Shown: piece by piece, positions 25,145 to 34,397 of the stretch
Layout of the letters: each line of letters starts with the position of its first letter
Position numbering within the stretch: position 1 is the stretch's first letter
From: a virus
Lineage: Duplodnaviria > Caudoviricetes
Strand: one strand, 5' to 3'
DNA: 60,129 bases
Virus record (IMG/VR): IMGVR_UViG_3300011113_000688
Span: 1 to 60,129 of that record
The notes under the pieces: generated by a model
What the model was told of the DNA's origin: nothing
Databases searched by the model: none
The model's input: only the letters and a program-made list of their open reading frames with translations
Made by a program: the position numbers and the translations under genes

Positions 25145-25449
25145 TGCCCACATATGATTTCTTAAACACTGAAACAGGTGATACATTTGAGAAACTTCTG
25201 AGCATTTCTGCTAAAGAAGAATATCTCAAAGAAAATTCACACATTCAACAAGTTCATCTTGGCGCCATGTCAATTGTCAGTGGCGTATCAATCACTGGTA
25301 AAGTACCAGACGGTTTCAAAGAAGTTCTGTCCAAAGTGTCAGAAAGTCACAAACAATCTTCAGTTGCCAATAAACACGGTAAAAAAGGTGTCAAAGAATC
25401 ACAAACACAAAGAATTGTAGATAAACATTTAGGAAAGTTTGGGCAGTAA
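25144..25449 (+). CDS. FmdB-like small protein
   Basis: MPTYDF N-terminus; PDGFKEVL motif. Confidence 0.65.
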   Translation: MPTYDFLNTETGDTFEKLLSISAKEEYLKENSHIQQVHLGAMSIVSGVSITGKVPDGFKEVLSKVSESHKQSSVANKHGKKGVKESQTQRIVDKHLGKFGQ

Positions 25450-25483
25450 TTACATTATGTGAACCTTAGCACAAGGAGCATAT

Positions 25484-25663
25484 ATGGCTAAAAAATCTTT
25501 GCAGAAAAAAGTAGCACTACTGAATGACTACATTACAAAAGAGATTGAAAGAGAAATGACTACAGAAATAACACAAATCGAAAAAGAAGATACTGCAAAG
25601 ATCGAAAAGAAGTACCCTAGACAAAGTTATCCACACCACAGCCGAAATCACTACTTTACATAA
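25484..25663 (+). CDS. Small hypothetical protein
   Basis: AAGGAG SD; TAATG coupling to the nuclease gene. Confidence 0.55.
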   Translation: MAKKSLQKKVALLNDYITKEIEREMTTEITQIEKEDTAKIEKKYPRQSYPHHSRNHYFT

Positions 25664-26328
25664 TGCGACTATTTGAACATGTAAGTTTACCACAATTACA
25701 ATTTGATTTAACAGCAGAAACCACCGATAGTGGTAGACTGTATACTACGCCAGAAGGCAACAAGTATAAGTCTATCACTACGGTGCTTTCTCATTACAAT
25801 AAACAAGGTATATACGAATGGCGGCAGGCTGTAGGTGAAGAACGAGCAAACGAAGTGTCACGCAAGGCATCAAATCGTGGCACAAAGGTACATAAAATTT
25901 GTGAAGACTACATTAACAATGAAATAAACGATTTCAAGATGCAGTTGATGATGCCTGACTTGAAAGAATTGTTTTTCAAAATCAAACCAATCATTGATGA
26001 CAATGTGGGTCAAGTTTATGCACAAGAACAAGCACTTTATTCAGATAAGTATCGCATTGCTGGTCGTGTAGACTTAATTGCTGAATGGAATGGTAAGTTA
26101 TCGGTCATTGATTTCAAGACATCCACAAAGCAGAAAGATGAAGATTACATTCAGAACTACTTCATGCAGTGTACAGCATACGCAATGATGTTTTCTGAGC
26201 GTACTGGTATGTGGATTGATGATATTGTGGTGTTGATTGCGACAGAAGAAGGGTCGGCACAAGTGTTTGAGCGGCAGATACATGATTATCGGCAACCACT
26301 GATTGAGTATATTGATAAATATGCTTGA
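25663..26328 (+). CDS. PD-(D/E)XK exonuclease (Cas4/RecB-like) of T4-like phages
   Basis: SITTVL, RGT.VH, AGRVD, IDFKTS, Q..AY. Confidence 0.85.
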   Translation: MRLFEHVSLPQLQFDLTAETTDSGRLYTTPEGNKYKSITTVLSHYNKQGIYEWRQAVGEERANEVSRKASNRGTKVHKICEDYINNEINDFKMQLMMPDLKELFFKIKPIIDDNVGQVYAQEQALYSDKYRIAGRVDLIAEWNGKLSVIDFKTSTKQKDEDYIQNYFMQCTAYAMMFSERTGMWIDDIVVLIATEEGSAQVFERQIHDYRQPLIEYIDKYA

Positions 26329-26343
26329 CAAGTCGGAGGCACT

Positions 26344-26874
26344 ATGCTATCATTCAAACAACACATACAACTAGATGAGGGCAATCCATTAGCAAGATTG
26401 GCTAAACATGCAGAAGAGGGTCGTCATTATGCGATTCTTTCTTCACAGCGACCACATGATGAAGTGTCGTCGGAACAAAACAAAAAGAATCACGAAGAAC
26501 TGAAAAAGAAACTGTCTGCTCAAGGCTACACTCACAAAGAGGTCGAAGGACATTGGGAAGGTGGTAAAGAAAAGTCAATAATGGTACACGCAAAGGGTAA
26601 AGGTGAAGAACACGGCAAACAACTCCTCCATGATATTAAGAAACATGGAGAACATTATAATCAAGACTCAATCTTACATCATGATGGAAAAACAGCGACC
26701 TTACATGGAACAAACAAAACAGGACATCCAGGTTATGGCAAATCAGAGAATGTAGGCAAGATGGCTTTCAATAAGCCACATGCACTATTTCAAACAGAAA
26801 CAAAACCAAAGTCTGACAAGCCGCTGAAACCTGGTAGAACAAGCAAAGGTTCTGCAAGATTTACAACGGTATAA
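26344..26874 (+). CDS. Probable head-packaged protein with a SAM-lyase/DUF3293-like motif
   Basis: N-terminal MLSFKQHIQLDE; G.W...EKS..V...YNQDSIL; GATAAATA late-like promoter at 26314. Confidence 0.5.
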   Translation: MLSFKQHIQLDEGNPLARLAKHAEEGRHYAILSSQRPHDEVSSEQNKKNHEELKKKLSAQGYTHKEVEGHWEGGKEKSIMVHAKGKGEEHGKQLLHDIKKHGEHYNQDSILHHDGKTATLHGTNKTGHPGYGKSENVGKMAFNKPHALFQTETKPKSDKPLKPGRTSKGSARFTTV

Positions 26875-26875
26875 T

Positions 26876-27046
26876 ATGAATATTACTGAAAAAGAATACG
26901 ACGAAAAACTTGATGCGTACTTGAGAGAGCAAGGACCAAATCCTGGCACCACTTTCTTTGGTTCTTGGGGTTGGTATGCTATGAAGAAAAATGAATTTCA
27001 TAAACAAATGAAAGAGGAAGGAGTAGAAGTTATTCCTTCAAATTAA
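26876..27046 (+). CDS. Small hypothetical protein (56 aa)
   Basis: Manual translation; coupled to neighbours. Confidence 0.55.
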   Translation: MNITEKEYDEKLDAYLREQGPNPGTTFFGSWGWYAMKKNEFHKQMKEEGVEVIPSN

Positions 27047-27225
27047 TGCTATACGCACTCATTGTAACGGTTATCATTTCAGGTTCAGTTACAGAATCAC
27101 AATGGAAAACTTTTGATACATATGAGGAATGCCATGAAGTGGCATCAACAATCGTGCGTCATAGAGATTACATCGTGGCACGTTGTGTGCTACAAGAAAG
27201 AATTGTTGTAACTCCTTCAAAGTGA
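27046..27225 (+). CDS. Small exported/membrane protein (59 aa)
   Basis: Hydrophobic N-terminus, F.TYEEC...C; TAATG coupling. Confidence 0.5.
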   Translation: MLYALIVTVIISGSVTESQWKTFDTYEECHEVASTIVRHRDYIVARCVLQERIVVTPSK

Positions 27226-27505
27226 AGGCATTCTGGACGGCGGGGCAGTACCGCCCTCGTCCACCAGAAGCACATAGTTGTCCTAGATGAAAGAAACCTC
27301 TGAGGGCTCTAGTGGGGATTGTGTGCTTCTGATGGGCGAGAAATAGTTTCGACAGGGTGAGATAGTGGAGAAGGCAACACGAAAGGCGATGGACGTAATC
27401 CAAGCAAATAAATTATCTGCAAACGATAATTACTACGCAATGGCTGCTTAAATAGCCTTGCTGGGGTTTAAGTGGGCTGTACCTTATTACCAAAACAGTC
27501 CACAT
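27205..27505 (+). ncRNA. ssrA: Circularly permuted (two-piece) tmRNA, tag ANDNYYAMAA
   Basis: Acceptor piece ends CTCGTCC-A-CCA (27266); intervening hairpin 27267-27333; coding piece starts GGGCGAG (27334, G3:U70) then AAATAGTTTCGAC; tag 27419-27451; outer ends approximate. Confidence 0.92.
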
Positions 27506-27523
27506 CATATTCAGAGATACATC

Positions 27524-28234
27524 ATGCGTGTTTACATTGGTCCTTATACAAACTGGTTTGGTCCTTATCAATTAGCAGAACTGCTTTGCTTTTGGGTAAA
27601 AAAAGTACCTGATGAGTATGGATTCAAACGACATCCCGATTGGGTTCACGACTTTGGTACATGGTTGGCTGAAGATAAAAACGGCAATGATTCTTGGCTA
27701 ACTAAGTTTTGTCAGTGGATAGAAAGTTACAAAGAACGCAAAATCGAAGTGCGTATTGACAAGTACGATACATGGTCAATGGATCACACACTGGCAAATA
27801 TAATTTTGCCGATGCTCAAACAACTTCAAGCAACAAAACATGGTTCACCTATGATTGACATTGAAGATGTACCAGAAGAACTTCGTATAACTGGTTATGA
27901 CGATGGCTCATCACAATTTAGATTGAAGTTTGAAGATGATGAGCAATTTCAAAAAGAATCATGGGATATCACACATCGTCGTTGGGAATGGGTGTTGAAT
28001 GAAATGATTTTTGCCTTTGAACATCTGCTTGATGATTCGTGGGAAGAAGCATATCGTTCAGGTCATATCGATATGCAGTTTGTGCCATGTGAAGATAATC
28101 CGAAACTATCACGCATGGTAGATGGTCCTAATCACACATATCAATGTGATTATGATGGTATGCAAAAGATTTATGACCGTATGGACAACGGTTTTCGTCT
28201 GTTCGGTAAATACTATCGTGGACTTTGGGATTAA
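27524..28234 (+). CDS. Conserved hypothetical phage protein (IDKYDTWSMDHTLA...LFGKYYRGLWD)
   Basis: Start moved to ATG27524 because the upstream extension lies in the tmRNA. Confidence 0.78.
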   Translation: MRVYIGPYTNWFGPYQLAELLCFWVKKVPDEYGFKRHPDWVHDFGTWLAEDKNGNDSWLTKFCQWIESYKERKIEVRIDKYDTWSMDHTLANIILPMLKQLQATKHGSPMIDIEDVPEELRITGYDDGSSQFRLKFEDDEQFQKESWDITHRRWEWVLNEMIFAFEHLLDDSWEEAYRSGHIDMQFVPCEDNPKLSRMVDGPNHTYQCDYDGMQKIYDRMDNGFRLFGKYYRGLWD

Positions 28235-28304
28235 AAATAACTAAATAAGTATACTGGCACCACACACACAATCGCCAGTAAACACACAACACACAGGAGT
28301 AAAT

Positions 28305-28577
28305 ATGAGTAATTTAACACCGTTCGAGATTCGTCTTGAACTTCTTAAAATGGCGAAAGACCTTTTATTGGAAGATTATGTTTCCAGTAAAGAACGCCTA
28401 ATCAATGAATGGCAAGTGAAGGTAGAGTCCGCTAAACTAAACGGACAAGCAATACCTGATCACCCAGACTTTCCAACTTATCCCTCAGAGACAGAAATCA
28501 TAGCCAAGGCACAAGCCTTGAATGGATTTGTTTCTAACATCACAGCAGAAAAAACACAAAGCAAAAAAGCTGCCTGA
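28305..28577 (+). CDS. Conserved T4-like hypothetical protein (PFEIRLELLKMAK)
   Basis: AGGAG SD; CTAAATA late-like motif upstream. Confidence 0.75.
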   Translation: MSNLTPFEIRLELLKMAKDLLLEDYVSSKERLINEWQVKVESAKLNGQAIPDHPDFPTYPSETEIIAKAQALNGFVSNITAEKTQSKKAA

Positions 28578-28585
28578 ATGGGAAC

Positions 28586-28607
28586 AGAGATGCTTCGGCA
28601 TCTCTCT
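28586..28607 (+). terminator. cUUCGg hairpin (terminator or stabiliser)
   Basis: AGAGATGC-TTCG-GCATCTCT. Confidence 0.6.
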
Positions 28608-28624
28608 AACTAACAAGGAGAAAT

Positions 28625-29176
28625 ATGCGTTACATCACACTATTAATTTGTAGTATCTTTGCAGCATTCGTTGTATACATCGGTCATGCAGCAGCACAAA
28701 TAAATGTGCCAGTTCAACCCAAAGTACAACTAGAAGATTTATCACCACAAGCAAGAGCAGAAGTCGAGTGTCTTGCACAGAACATGTATTTCGAAGCAGG
28801 TTTAGAACCACGATTAGGTCAACTTGCTGTAGCATTTGTTACACACAATCGTGTACACTCTGGCACATTTCCAGACACGTATTGTGGTGTAGTTAAACAA
28901 AAAGTCGGCACTGTTTGTCAATTTTCTTGGGTATGCGAAAATCGTCCTAAGGATATGATGAGAAAAGGACTCTTGACATTAGAGAGCAATTCGTTGTATA
29001 ATAGTGTTACTGAGTTAGCATTAGCATTTTATCTTTATACTGAAAAGTTTAAAGACCCAACAAGAGGTGCTTTATTCTTTCATGCAGACTATGTAAAACC
29101 GGGTTGGAATAATATGAAATATACTACACAAATAGGTAGACATATGTTTTACAATAAGGTTAAAAAGAGTTCATGA
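28625..29176 (+). CDS. SleB/Hydrolase_2 cell-wall hydrolase with N-terminal signal or anchor
   Basis: CLAQNMYFEA, VA.VT.NRV, CQFSW, GALFFHADYV.P.W, IGRHMFY. Confidence 0.9.
   Translation: MRYITLLICSIFAAFVVYIGHAAAQINVPVQPKVQLEDLSPQARAEVECLAQNMYFEAGLEPRLGQLAVAFVTHNRVHSGTFPDTYCGVVKQKVGTVCQFSWVCENRPKDMMRKGLLTLESNSLYNSVTELALAFYLYTEKFKDPTRGALFFHADYVKPGWNNMKYTTQIGRHMFYNKVKKSS
28973..29002 (+). promoter_or_regulatory. Internal sigma70-type promoter TTGACA-N18-TATAAT, inside the hydrolase gene
   Basis: Consensus boxes; would drive the gp33-gp59 genes. Confidence 0.6.
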
Positions 29177-29427
29177 GTATTTTATCAAGCAAAAAGGAGA
29201 AGGTGATTATGGAAAAAGGATTGGGTAGTATAACCACAGTGTCAGTTACTTTGGTTTTACTTTCAATCGTTGCTGCGACTTGTCTTTATGGTTTAAATGA
29301 CCGTAAACTGATGGCAGCAAATATTGAAAACGCTATTGCAAAAGGTATTGACCCATTGGCTGTACGGTGTTCATATGCCAAGAGTGATGATATTGTTTGT
29401 ATTGCACACGCTGCTAATCGTAAATAA
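29173..29427 (+). CDS. Small membrane protein
   Basis: TM segment; KGIDPLAVRC. Confidence 0.65.
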   Translation: MSILSSKKEKVIMEKGLGSITTVSVTLVLLSIVAATCLYGLNDRKLMAANIENAIAKGIDPLAVRCSYAKSDDIVCIAHAANRK

Positions 29428-29441
29428 AAGGGGAGTATATT

Positions 29442-29873
29442 ATGAGTTTCAATAGTGATGAACATTCTTTTACATTTCGCTTTCATTCTGCTGAAGGTGA
29501 AAGAGATTTGGAAATGAATTGTAATGCCTTATATCTTGGTGATATCTTTGATAGATTTCGTGATTTCTTGCAAGGATGCGGTTATCAGATTGATGGTATG
29601 ATTGATGTTATACCATTTGAAAAAGAAGAGAGTCCTGTTACTCTCGGTGATCAACCAGAATATGATTTCAGCAACATACCACAAAATAACTGGCCATTTA
29701 GTGCGACAATGAATGATACAATACCACCACTGACTACACAGCAACTTCAATCTCTGGTTAAAGAACAACCTTTGTCAGCATCACCTGCGGGTATGGCATC
29801 ATCATGGTCGGCTGATCTACCAAGCAACACCGGTGAAAACGTGAGGGTTCATTTTAATGCCGACAAAAGATGA
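29442..29873 (+). CDS. Hypothetical protein (F.DFLQGCGY motif)
   Basis: GGGGAG SD. Confidence 0.7.
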   Translation: MSFNSDEHSFTFRFHSAEGERDLEMNCNALYLGDIFDRFRDFLQGCGYQIDGMIDVIPFEKEESPVTLGDQPEYDFSNIPQNNWPFSATMNDTIPPLTTQQLQSLVKEQPLSASPAGMASSWSADLPSNTGENVRVHFNADKR

Positions 29874-30081
29874 GATGTTGAAGTTCTCTATGCAGATAGA
29901 GGGTTTGGTGGCCAATACAGATTACACATATCTTGAGGCCATTACCGAACACTGTAAAGAGACAGGTTTGGAGTTAGAGGTTGCTGCTTCTCTCATAACT
30001 CCAAATCTTAAAGCAAAAATACACGAACAAGCGGAGCGTTTGAATATGTTAAAAGTGAAAGGCAATCGTTTACCGATATGA
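29857..30081 (+). CDS. gp33: Late-transcription coactivator gp33
   Basis: YLEAI..HC....LE.E....LI...LK.KI..QA..LN; next to gp59. Confidence 0.88.
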   Translation: MPTKDEMLKFSMQIEGLVANTDYTYLEAITEHCKETGLELEVAASLITPNLKAKIHEQAERLNMLKVKGNRLPI

Positions 30082-30689
30082 CAGGCTATGAATGCTTCTG
30101 CTTATATACTTCTCTCAAACTACACTTTAATTCAGATTCTTACTGTTACTTTAAGTATCATGGTAAAGTAAGCACAAGCATTGATGCATTTGAGAATCGA
30201 AAAGACAAATGGCACTTTTACAAACTAAGTCGGAGATTCACAAATGTTGACATATGCCGTGATTTTGTTGTTGCTAATTTGGTTAGTGACCAGAATGTTT
30301 GGGTAGGTCATCTGCTTACCAATGAGGCTGATGCTGAGTATCGTAAACGCCAGAAAGTGATTCAATCATTGACATACACTTTCACAAATGAAATTGAATC
30401 ATTAATGAATCATAGTAATCCAAATGATTTGTTTATGTCACATGAGGGTGAGTATCCAGAATTACTGATTAAGTTATTACATGAAGAAGTCTCACTTGAA
30501 ACTATTTGCATACTCAATCAAGTTCTAGGTTTTCTATCATCATGGGATCGTAAGATTGGTGATACCATTCATTACCCCAACATCAGTAAAAGAATAAAGA
30601 AATACACACCGTTTATACCATTCGAGCCAACGAAATACAAACTTATACTAAAGAAAGAATACGATGCGAATACAGAAAATATATCTTGA
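30078..30689 (+). CDS. gp59: Helicase loader gp59
   Basis: Y..LKLHF....Y.YFKY.GK...F..RKDK; SLET; KKY.PF. Confidence 0.9.
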   Translation: MTGYECFCLYTSLKLHFNSDSYCYFKYHGKVSTSIDAFENRKDKWHFYKLSRRFTNVDICRDFVVANLVSDQNVWVGHLLTNEADAEYRKRQKVIQSLTYTFTNEIESLMNHSNPNDLFMSHEGEYPELLIKLLHEEVSLETICILNQVLGFLSSWDRKIGDTIHYPNISKRIKKYTPFIPFEPTKYKLILKKEYDANTENIS

Positions 30690-31206
30690 TATGGACGGTG
30701 TGCTGTCTGATTTCAACCAAAGATACAAAGAAATCTTCAAACAAAAAGCGTTAAGCACACGTGAACGTGGTGAAAAGCATGATGACAATTGGAATCAATT
30801 TGTAGAAGGTAAAAACTTTGAAACACTTGATTGGTATCCTGGGGGCAAAGAATTATTGAAATACATCATCTCTCTTGATATACCTGTAGAGATACTTTCT
30901 TCTTCTGGTGGCCGTATGCATCATGAAGAAGTAAAACGACAGAAAAAGGTTTGGTTGAAAAGACATCACATTGACTTTACAGCCAATATCGTACCTGGTC
31001 GTCATTTGAAAGCAACTTATGCCAAATCAGATATTATTCTCATTGATGACACTCAAGATGTCATTGATGATTTTAATATGGCAGGCGGCATTGGTATACT
31101 TCACAAAGAAACGGCTAAAACGATAAAAGTCGTGCAATCTGTTCTTGACGATACATATATACAAGTATATAATGAAATACGTGGACAAGACGCACATACA
31201 TTTTAA
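30664..31206 (+). CDS. HAD-family 5'(3')-deoxyribonucleotidase-like protein
   Basis: IYLDMDGVLSDF...ILIDD...GGIGILH. Confidence 0.85.
   Translation: MRIQKIYLDMDGVLSDFNQRYKEIFKQKALSTRERGEKHDDNWNQFVEGKNFETLDWYPGGKELLKYIISLDIPVEILSSSGGRMHHEEVKRQKKVWLKRHHIDFTANIVPGRHLKATYAKSDIILIDDTQDVIDDFNMAGGIGILHKETAKTIKVVQSVLDDTYIQVYNEIRGQDAHTF
31145..31173 (+). promoter_or_regulatory. sigma70-type promoter for gp32, TTGACG-N17-TATAAT
   Basis: Inside the 3' end of the HAD gene. Confidence 0.75.
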
Positions 31207-31229
31207 CAACTAACCATACGAGGTAAACT

Positions 31230-32087
31230 ATGTCAGACTTTTCTAGTCTCAAACGCAATCGCAATTCGTTCGACAAACTCACCAAAGCGATTGAATCAAT
31301 TAACACTCCCGCTGAAGGTTCCAAAGAAGATGATCGTTTTTGGCAACCAGAAACAGACAAAGCGGGTAATGGTATGGCAATCATTCGTTTCTTGCCAGCA
31401 CCAGCAGCAGATGGTGATGATGCTCTTCCTTGGGTTCGTGTTTTCAATCACGGCTTTCAAGGTCCAGGTGGCTGGTATATTGAAAACTCTTTGACTACTT
31501 TGAATCAGAAAGATCCTGTATCAGAATACAATTCTGTATTGTGGAATTCTGGCATCGAAGCAAACAAAGAAATTGCACGTAAGCAGAAACGCCGTCTTAC
31601 GTATATTTCAAATGTGCTGATCGTTTCTGATCCTAAGAATCCAGAAAACGAAGGTCAAATCAAACTGTATAAGTTTGGTAAGAAAATTTTCGACAAACTA
31701 ACTGAAGCAATGAATCCTCAGTTTGAAGATGAGAAGCCAATCAATCCATTTGACTTTTGGGATGGTGCTAACTTCAAAATCAAGATTCGTCAAGTTGAAG
31801 GTTATCGCAACTATGACAAGTCTGAGTTCGAATCTCCTTCAGCATTGTTTGAAGGTGATGATTCTAAACTTGAAGCACTGTGGAAAAAAGAATACTCACT
31901 CAAAGAGTTTCTTGATCCTAAGCACTTCAGATCATATGATGAATTGAAAGCAAGGTTAGATAAAGTTTTGGGACTGAGTGGCACAACACCAGTTTCAAAG
32001 ACAAAGGCTGAAGACTTTACACCACGTTCTTCACCTGACATTGAAGATGAAGAGTTGGACTACTTCAAGTCTTTAGCAGAAGATTAA
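31230..32087 (+). CDS. gp32: Single-stranded DNA-binding protein gp32
   Basis: DDRFW...GNG.A.IRFLP, GGWYIENSLTT, FGKKIFDK, GANFKIKIR, acidic tail. Confidence 0.96.
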   Translation: MSDFSSLKRNRNSFDKLTKAIESINTPAEGSKEDDRFWQPETDKAGNGMAIIRFLPAPAADGDDALPWVRVFNHGFQGPGGWYIENSLTTLNQKDPVSEYNSVLWNSGIEANKEIARKQKRRLTYISNVLIVSDPKNPENEGQIKLYKFGKKIFDKLTEAMNPQFEDEKPINPFDFWDGANFKIKIRQVEGYRNYDKSEFESPSALFEGDDSKLEALWKKEYSLKEFLDPKHFRSYDELKARLDKVLGLSGTTPVSKTKAEDFTPRSSPDIEDEELDYFKSLAED

Positions 32088-32097
32088 ACTCAACACC

Positions 32098-32124
32098 AAC
32101 GCTACCTTCGGGTGGCGTTTTTTT
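32098..32124 (+). terminator. Intrinsic terminator after gp32 (convergent junction)
   Basis: AACGCTACC-TTCG-GGTGGCGTT followed by T tract. Confidence 0.85.
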
Positions 32125-34201
32125 ATGATGTTGCTCTATCGACTAAAAGATTAGTGGCGTCAGGATTGTATGCCGAACCAACCGCTGATGCTAATCCGGG
32201 TGGCATAGTATTATTCACAGTTTGTGAACTATCAACAAAAGTTGGATTATTCATAAACTCTCTTGTGACATCTCTTAACATATCTGCTAATACTGTTGAG
32301 CCTTCCATCAATTTTCCACCCATCAATTTATCAAGTGCGGTGATTTGGTCGTATGCCAATGATGCTACTGAATCCGACATTGAAGTTCCGCCGGCCATTG
32401 GTGCAGCTTGTGATGGTGTTTTTGTTGGTGTTTCCGCCTTTGCTGTTCTTGATTCTGCTGCCGGCATTCCTAGAGTGCCATAAATTCCAGCCGTATATTT
32501 TGATAGTTGTGCTTCTTCAGCAGCATTTCTTGGCGCTACCCATTTTCTCAAAGCGTCATCTAATGACATATCACCATATTTTGTTTTCCACAAATCTCTT
32601 TGAGCATTTCTACCCGCTTCGAATGTAGGAAATTGAGCGAACGGAACTAAATTGCCTTTTGAATCTTTTAAAGTTCCTCTTGTTGTATTTGGAATGGCTC
32701 CATACTTTGCAGCAAAAGGTCCATATATCAATGCACCTGGATTATTCAAATCATAAGCCAATTCACCTTTTTTATTTCCTTCTTGTTTGAACTGCATATC
32801 TAAGATGGCGTTCTGCTGTTCTTTTGTTAAACTATTGAACGTGACTTTTCCTGATTCTGATTTTGCTGGTGTGGGTGATTGTGAACTGGAATACCAGTCT
32901 CTCCATTTGTTTGCACCTAGTTTTTCCTCATATCTTTGAGAAAACGACATATTCTCAACTGTCTCCGAAACATTTGATGTTCTCTGTTTCTGCGATAAGT
33001 CTTTTCCTTTTACATAAGAAATATTCTCATCCAATTTATCTAAAACTCGGTTCCATTTAACTCTCATATCTTGGTCTTGCCACTCAGACTTTCCGGTTTT
33101 AGGATCTATCTTAAGACCTCTTCTAAAAAAAGAATATTCACCTCTCATCTCAAGTGCTTGTTGTTTTTTGGATTCAAGTTCTTCTAAACTTCTACCACTA
33201 GTTAGACTCATTTCACTAACATTCATACCTCCTGGACCAACTTTAGTTTCTCTAGATTGACCCGTAATTTGAAATCTTATGTCTTCATAAAAGTTTTCTA
33301 TTTTTCCCATTATGTCTCTCACTGTTGCAATCACCAATTTTGACATTAGTTCCATCGTCGTTTCAACTATAGATGTTACTTGCAAAGAAAAAGTTTTAAA
33401 GCCCTCTCTAAGTTCTTTCATGGTTTTACTAAACTCACCATCAGTCAAACTATCTAAGCCTTTAGTCAGTTCATCAGTAAAGTTATTGATATTTTTTTTG
33501 AGACCCGAAAAATCCAGGCTTTGATAAAGTTGATATATTAATAAACCCAAGGCACCGGCTGCAAGTATTCCAATAAACCCCATTCCTCCTAACGCACCTT
33601 TAAGTACACCAAAAACACCAGAAACCGCACCACCAAGTAGCCCTCCAATACCTCCGAGTATTGAACCTACTGCACTAGCAGCACCTCCTAATAAACTTCC
33701 TGCTATACTTCCTAATCCACCCAACATGCTTAAAATATTGAAACCTCCAGCACCACTGGTTTTGCCTAGCCCAGTTGACCCCTTTTTACCACCACCAAAT
33801 TTTGATTCATATTTCTCTTCTTTTTCTTTTGCACCCTCAAAATATTTTGTTGGTGTTCCTCCTGATAATCGAACCAATTGTGCCATGTTACGAGCAATTG
33901 AAGGTAACGCCATAGAGTTTCTTGCACTAATTCTGGCATCACGTGCAATAGAACTAAGTGCCGTAGGTGAACCAGATACTTCGGGTGATATCATTGAAGT
34001 CGGTGACTTTTTCGATATAGGGCTTGCTTGATAACCTTTTAGAGAGGGAAATAAAGCAGTCATTAGTCCAGTCTGAGAAAATAAAGCATTTCTCGGATCA
34101 AATCTTTGCATGTTTAGTTGATTGTAAGCACCACTTAAAGAAGTAGCGGCACTTTTGCCTGATTGTCTTTGGGCACGAACTAAGTCTGTAAATGATGCCA
34201 T
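32123..34201 (-). CDS. Tape-measure/baseplate-hub-like tail protein (gp29-like) with a putative muramidase-like domain
   Basis: Gly/Ala-rich hydrophobic stretch; LNNPGAL...FAQFPTFEAG...W motif; downstream of gp26/gp51. Confidence 0.65.
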   Translation of the reverse strand: MASFTDLVRAQRQSGKSAATSLSGAYNQLNMQRFDPRNALFSQTGLMTALFPSLKGYQASPISKKSPTSMISPEVSGSPTALSSIARDARISARNSMALPSIARNMAQLVRLSGGTPTKYFEGAKEKEEKYESKFGGGKKGSTGLGKTSGAGGFNILSMLGGLGSIAGSLLGGAASAVGSILGGIGGLLGGAVSGVFGVLKGALGGMGFIGILAAGALGLLIYQLYQSLDFSGLKKNINNFTDELTKGLDSLTDGEFSKTMKELREGFKTFSLQVTSIVETTMELMSKLVIATVRDIMGKIENFYEDIRFQITGQSRETKVGPGGMNVSEMSLTSGRSLEELESKKQQALEMRGEYSFFRRGLKIDPKTGKSEWQDQDMRVKWNRVLDKLDENISYVKGKDLSQKQRTSNVSETVENMSFSQRYEEKLGANKWRDWYSSSQSPTPAKSESGKVTFNSLTKEQQNAILDMQFKQEGNKKGELAYDLNNPGALIYGPFAAKYGAIPNTTRGTLKDSKGNLVPFAQFPTFEAGRNAQRDLWKTKYGDMSLDDALRKWVAPRNAAEEAQLSKYTAGIYGTLGMPAAESRTAKAETPTKTPSQAAPMAGGTSMSDSVASLAYDQITALDKLMGGKLMEGSTVLADMLRDVTREFMNNPTFVDSSQTVNNTMPPGLASAVGSAYNPDATNLLVDRATS

Positions 34202-34203
34202 TT

Positions 34204-34347
34204 TTATCTCTTACTCTTTGTTATTTTTTCTTGTTGCAGTTTTTCGTTTTCTTCTTTAATAAAGTTGACCAACATGGTCACATAAACACTCTTTTCCCAA
34301 GGTAACATATTTTCAATGTCACTCAAATTATATTTGTGGTGCTGCAT
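34204..34347 (-). CDS. gp51: Baseplate hub assembly protein gp51-like (possibly fused to gp26 by a -1 frameshift)
   Basis: MQHHKYNLSDIENMLPWEKSVYV; reading frame open upstream into the gp26 end. Confidence 0.85.
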   Translation of the reverse strand: MQHHKYNLSDIENMLPWEKSVYVTMLVNFIKEENEKLQQEKITKSKR

Positions 34348-34397
34348 TAGTGCAAAGTTAGTTTCAAAGTAATTCTTCAGATTATCATAACAAAAGG

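Noticed and set aside
25663-26328. Cas4-like nuclease as evidence of CRISPR-Cas
   Set aside because: It is a stand-alone PD-(D/E)XK exonuclease common in T4-like phages, with no array or other cas genes.
27089-27523. Minus-strand ORF 27089-27403 and the N-terminal extension of 27458-28234
   Set aside because: Both overlap the tmRNA; ATG27524 is the more plausible start.
32112-34031. Plus-strand ORFs opposite the tape-measure-like gene, and similar antisense ORFs throughout
   Set aside because: Shadow frames of well-supported genes, with no SD or recognisable motifs.
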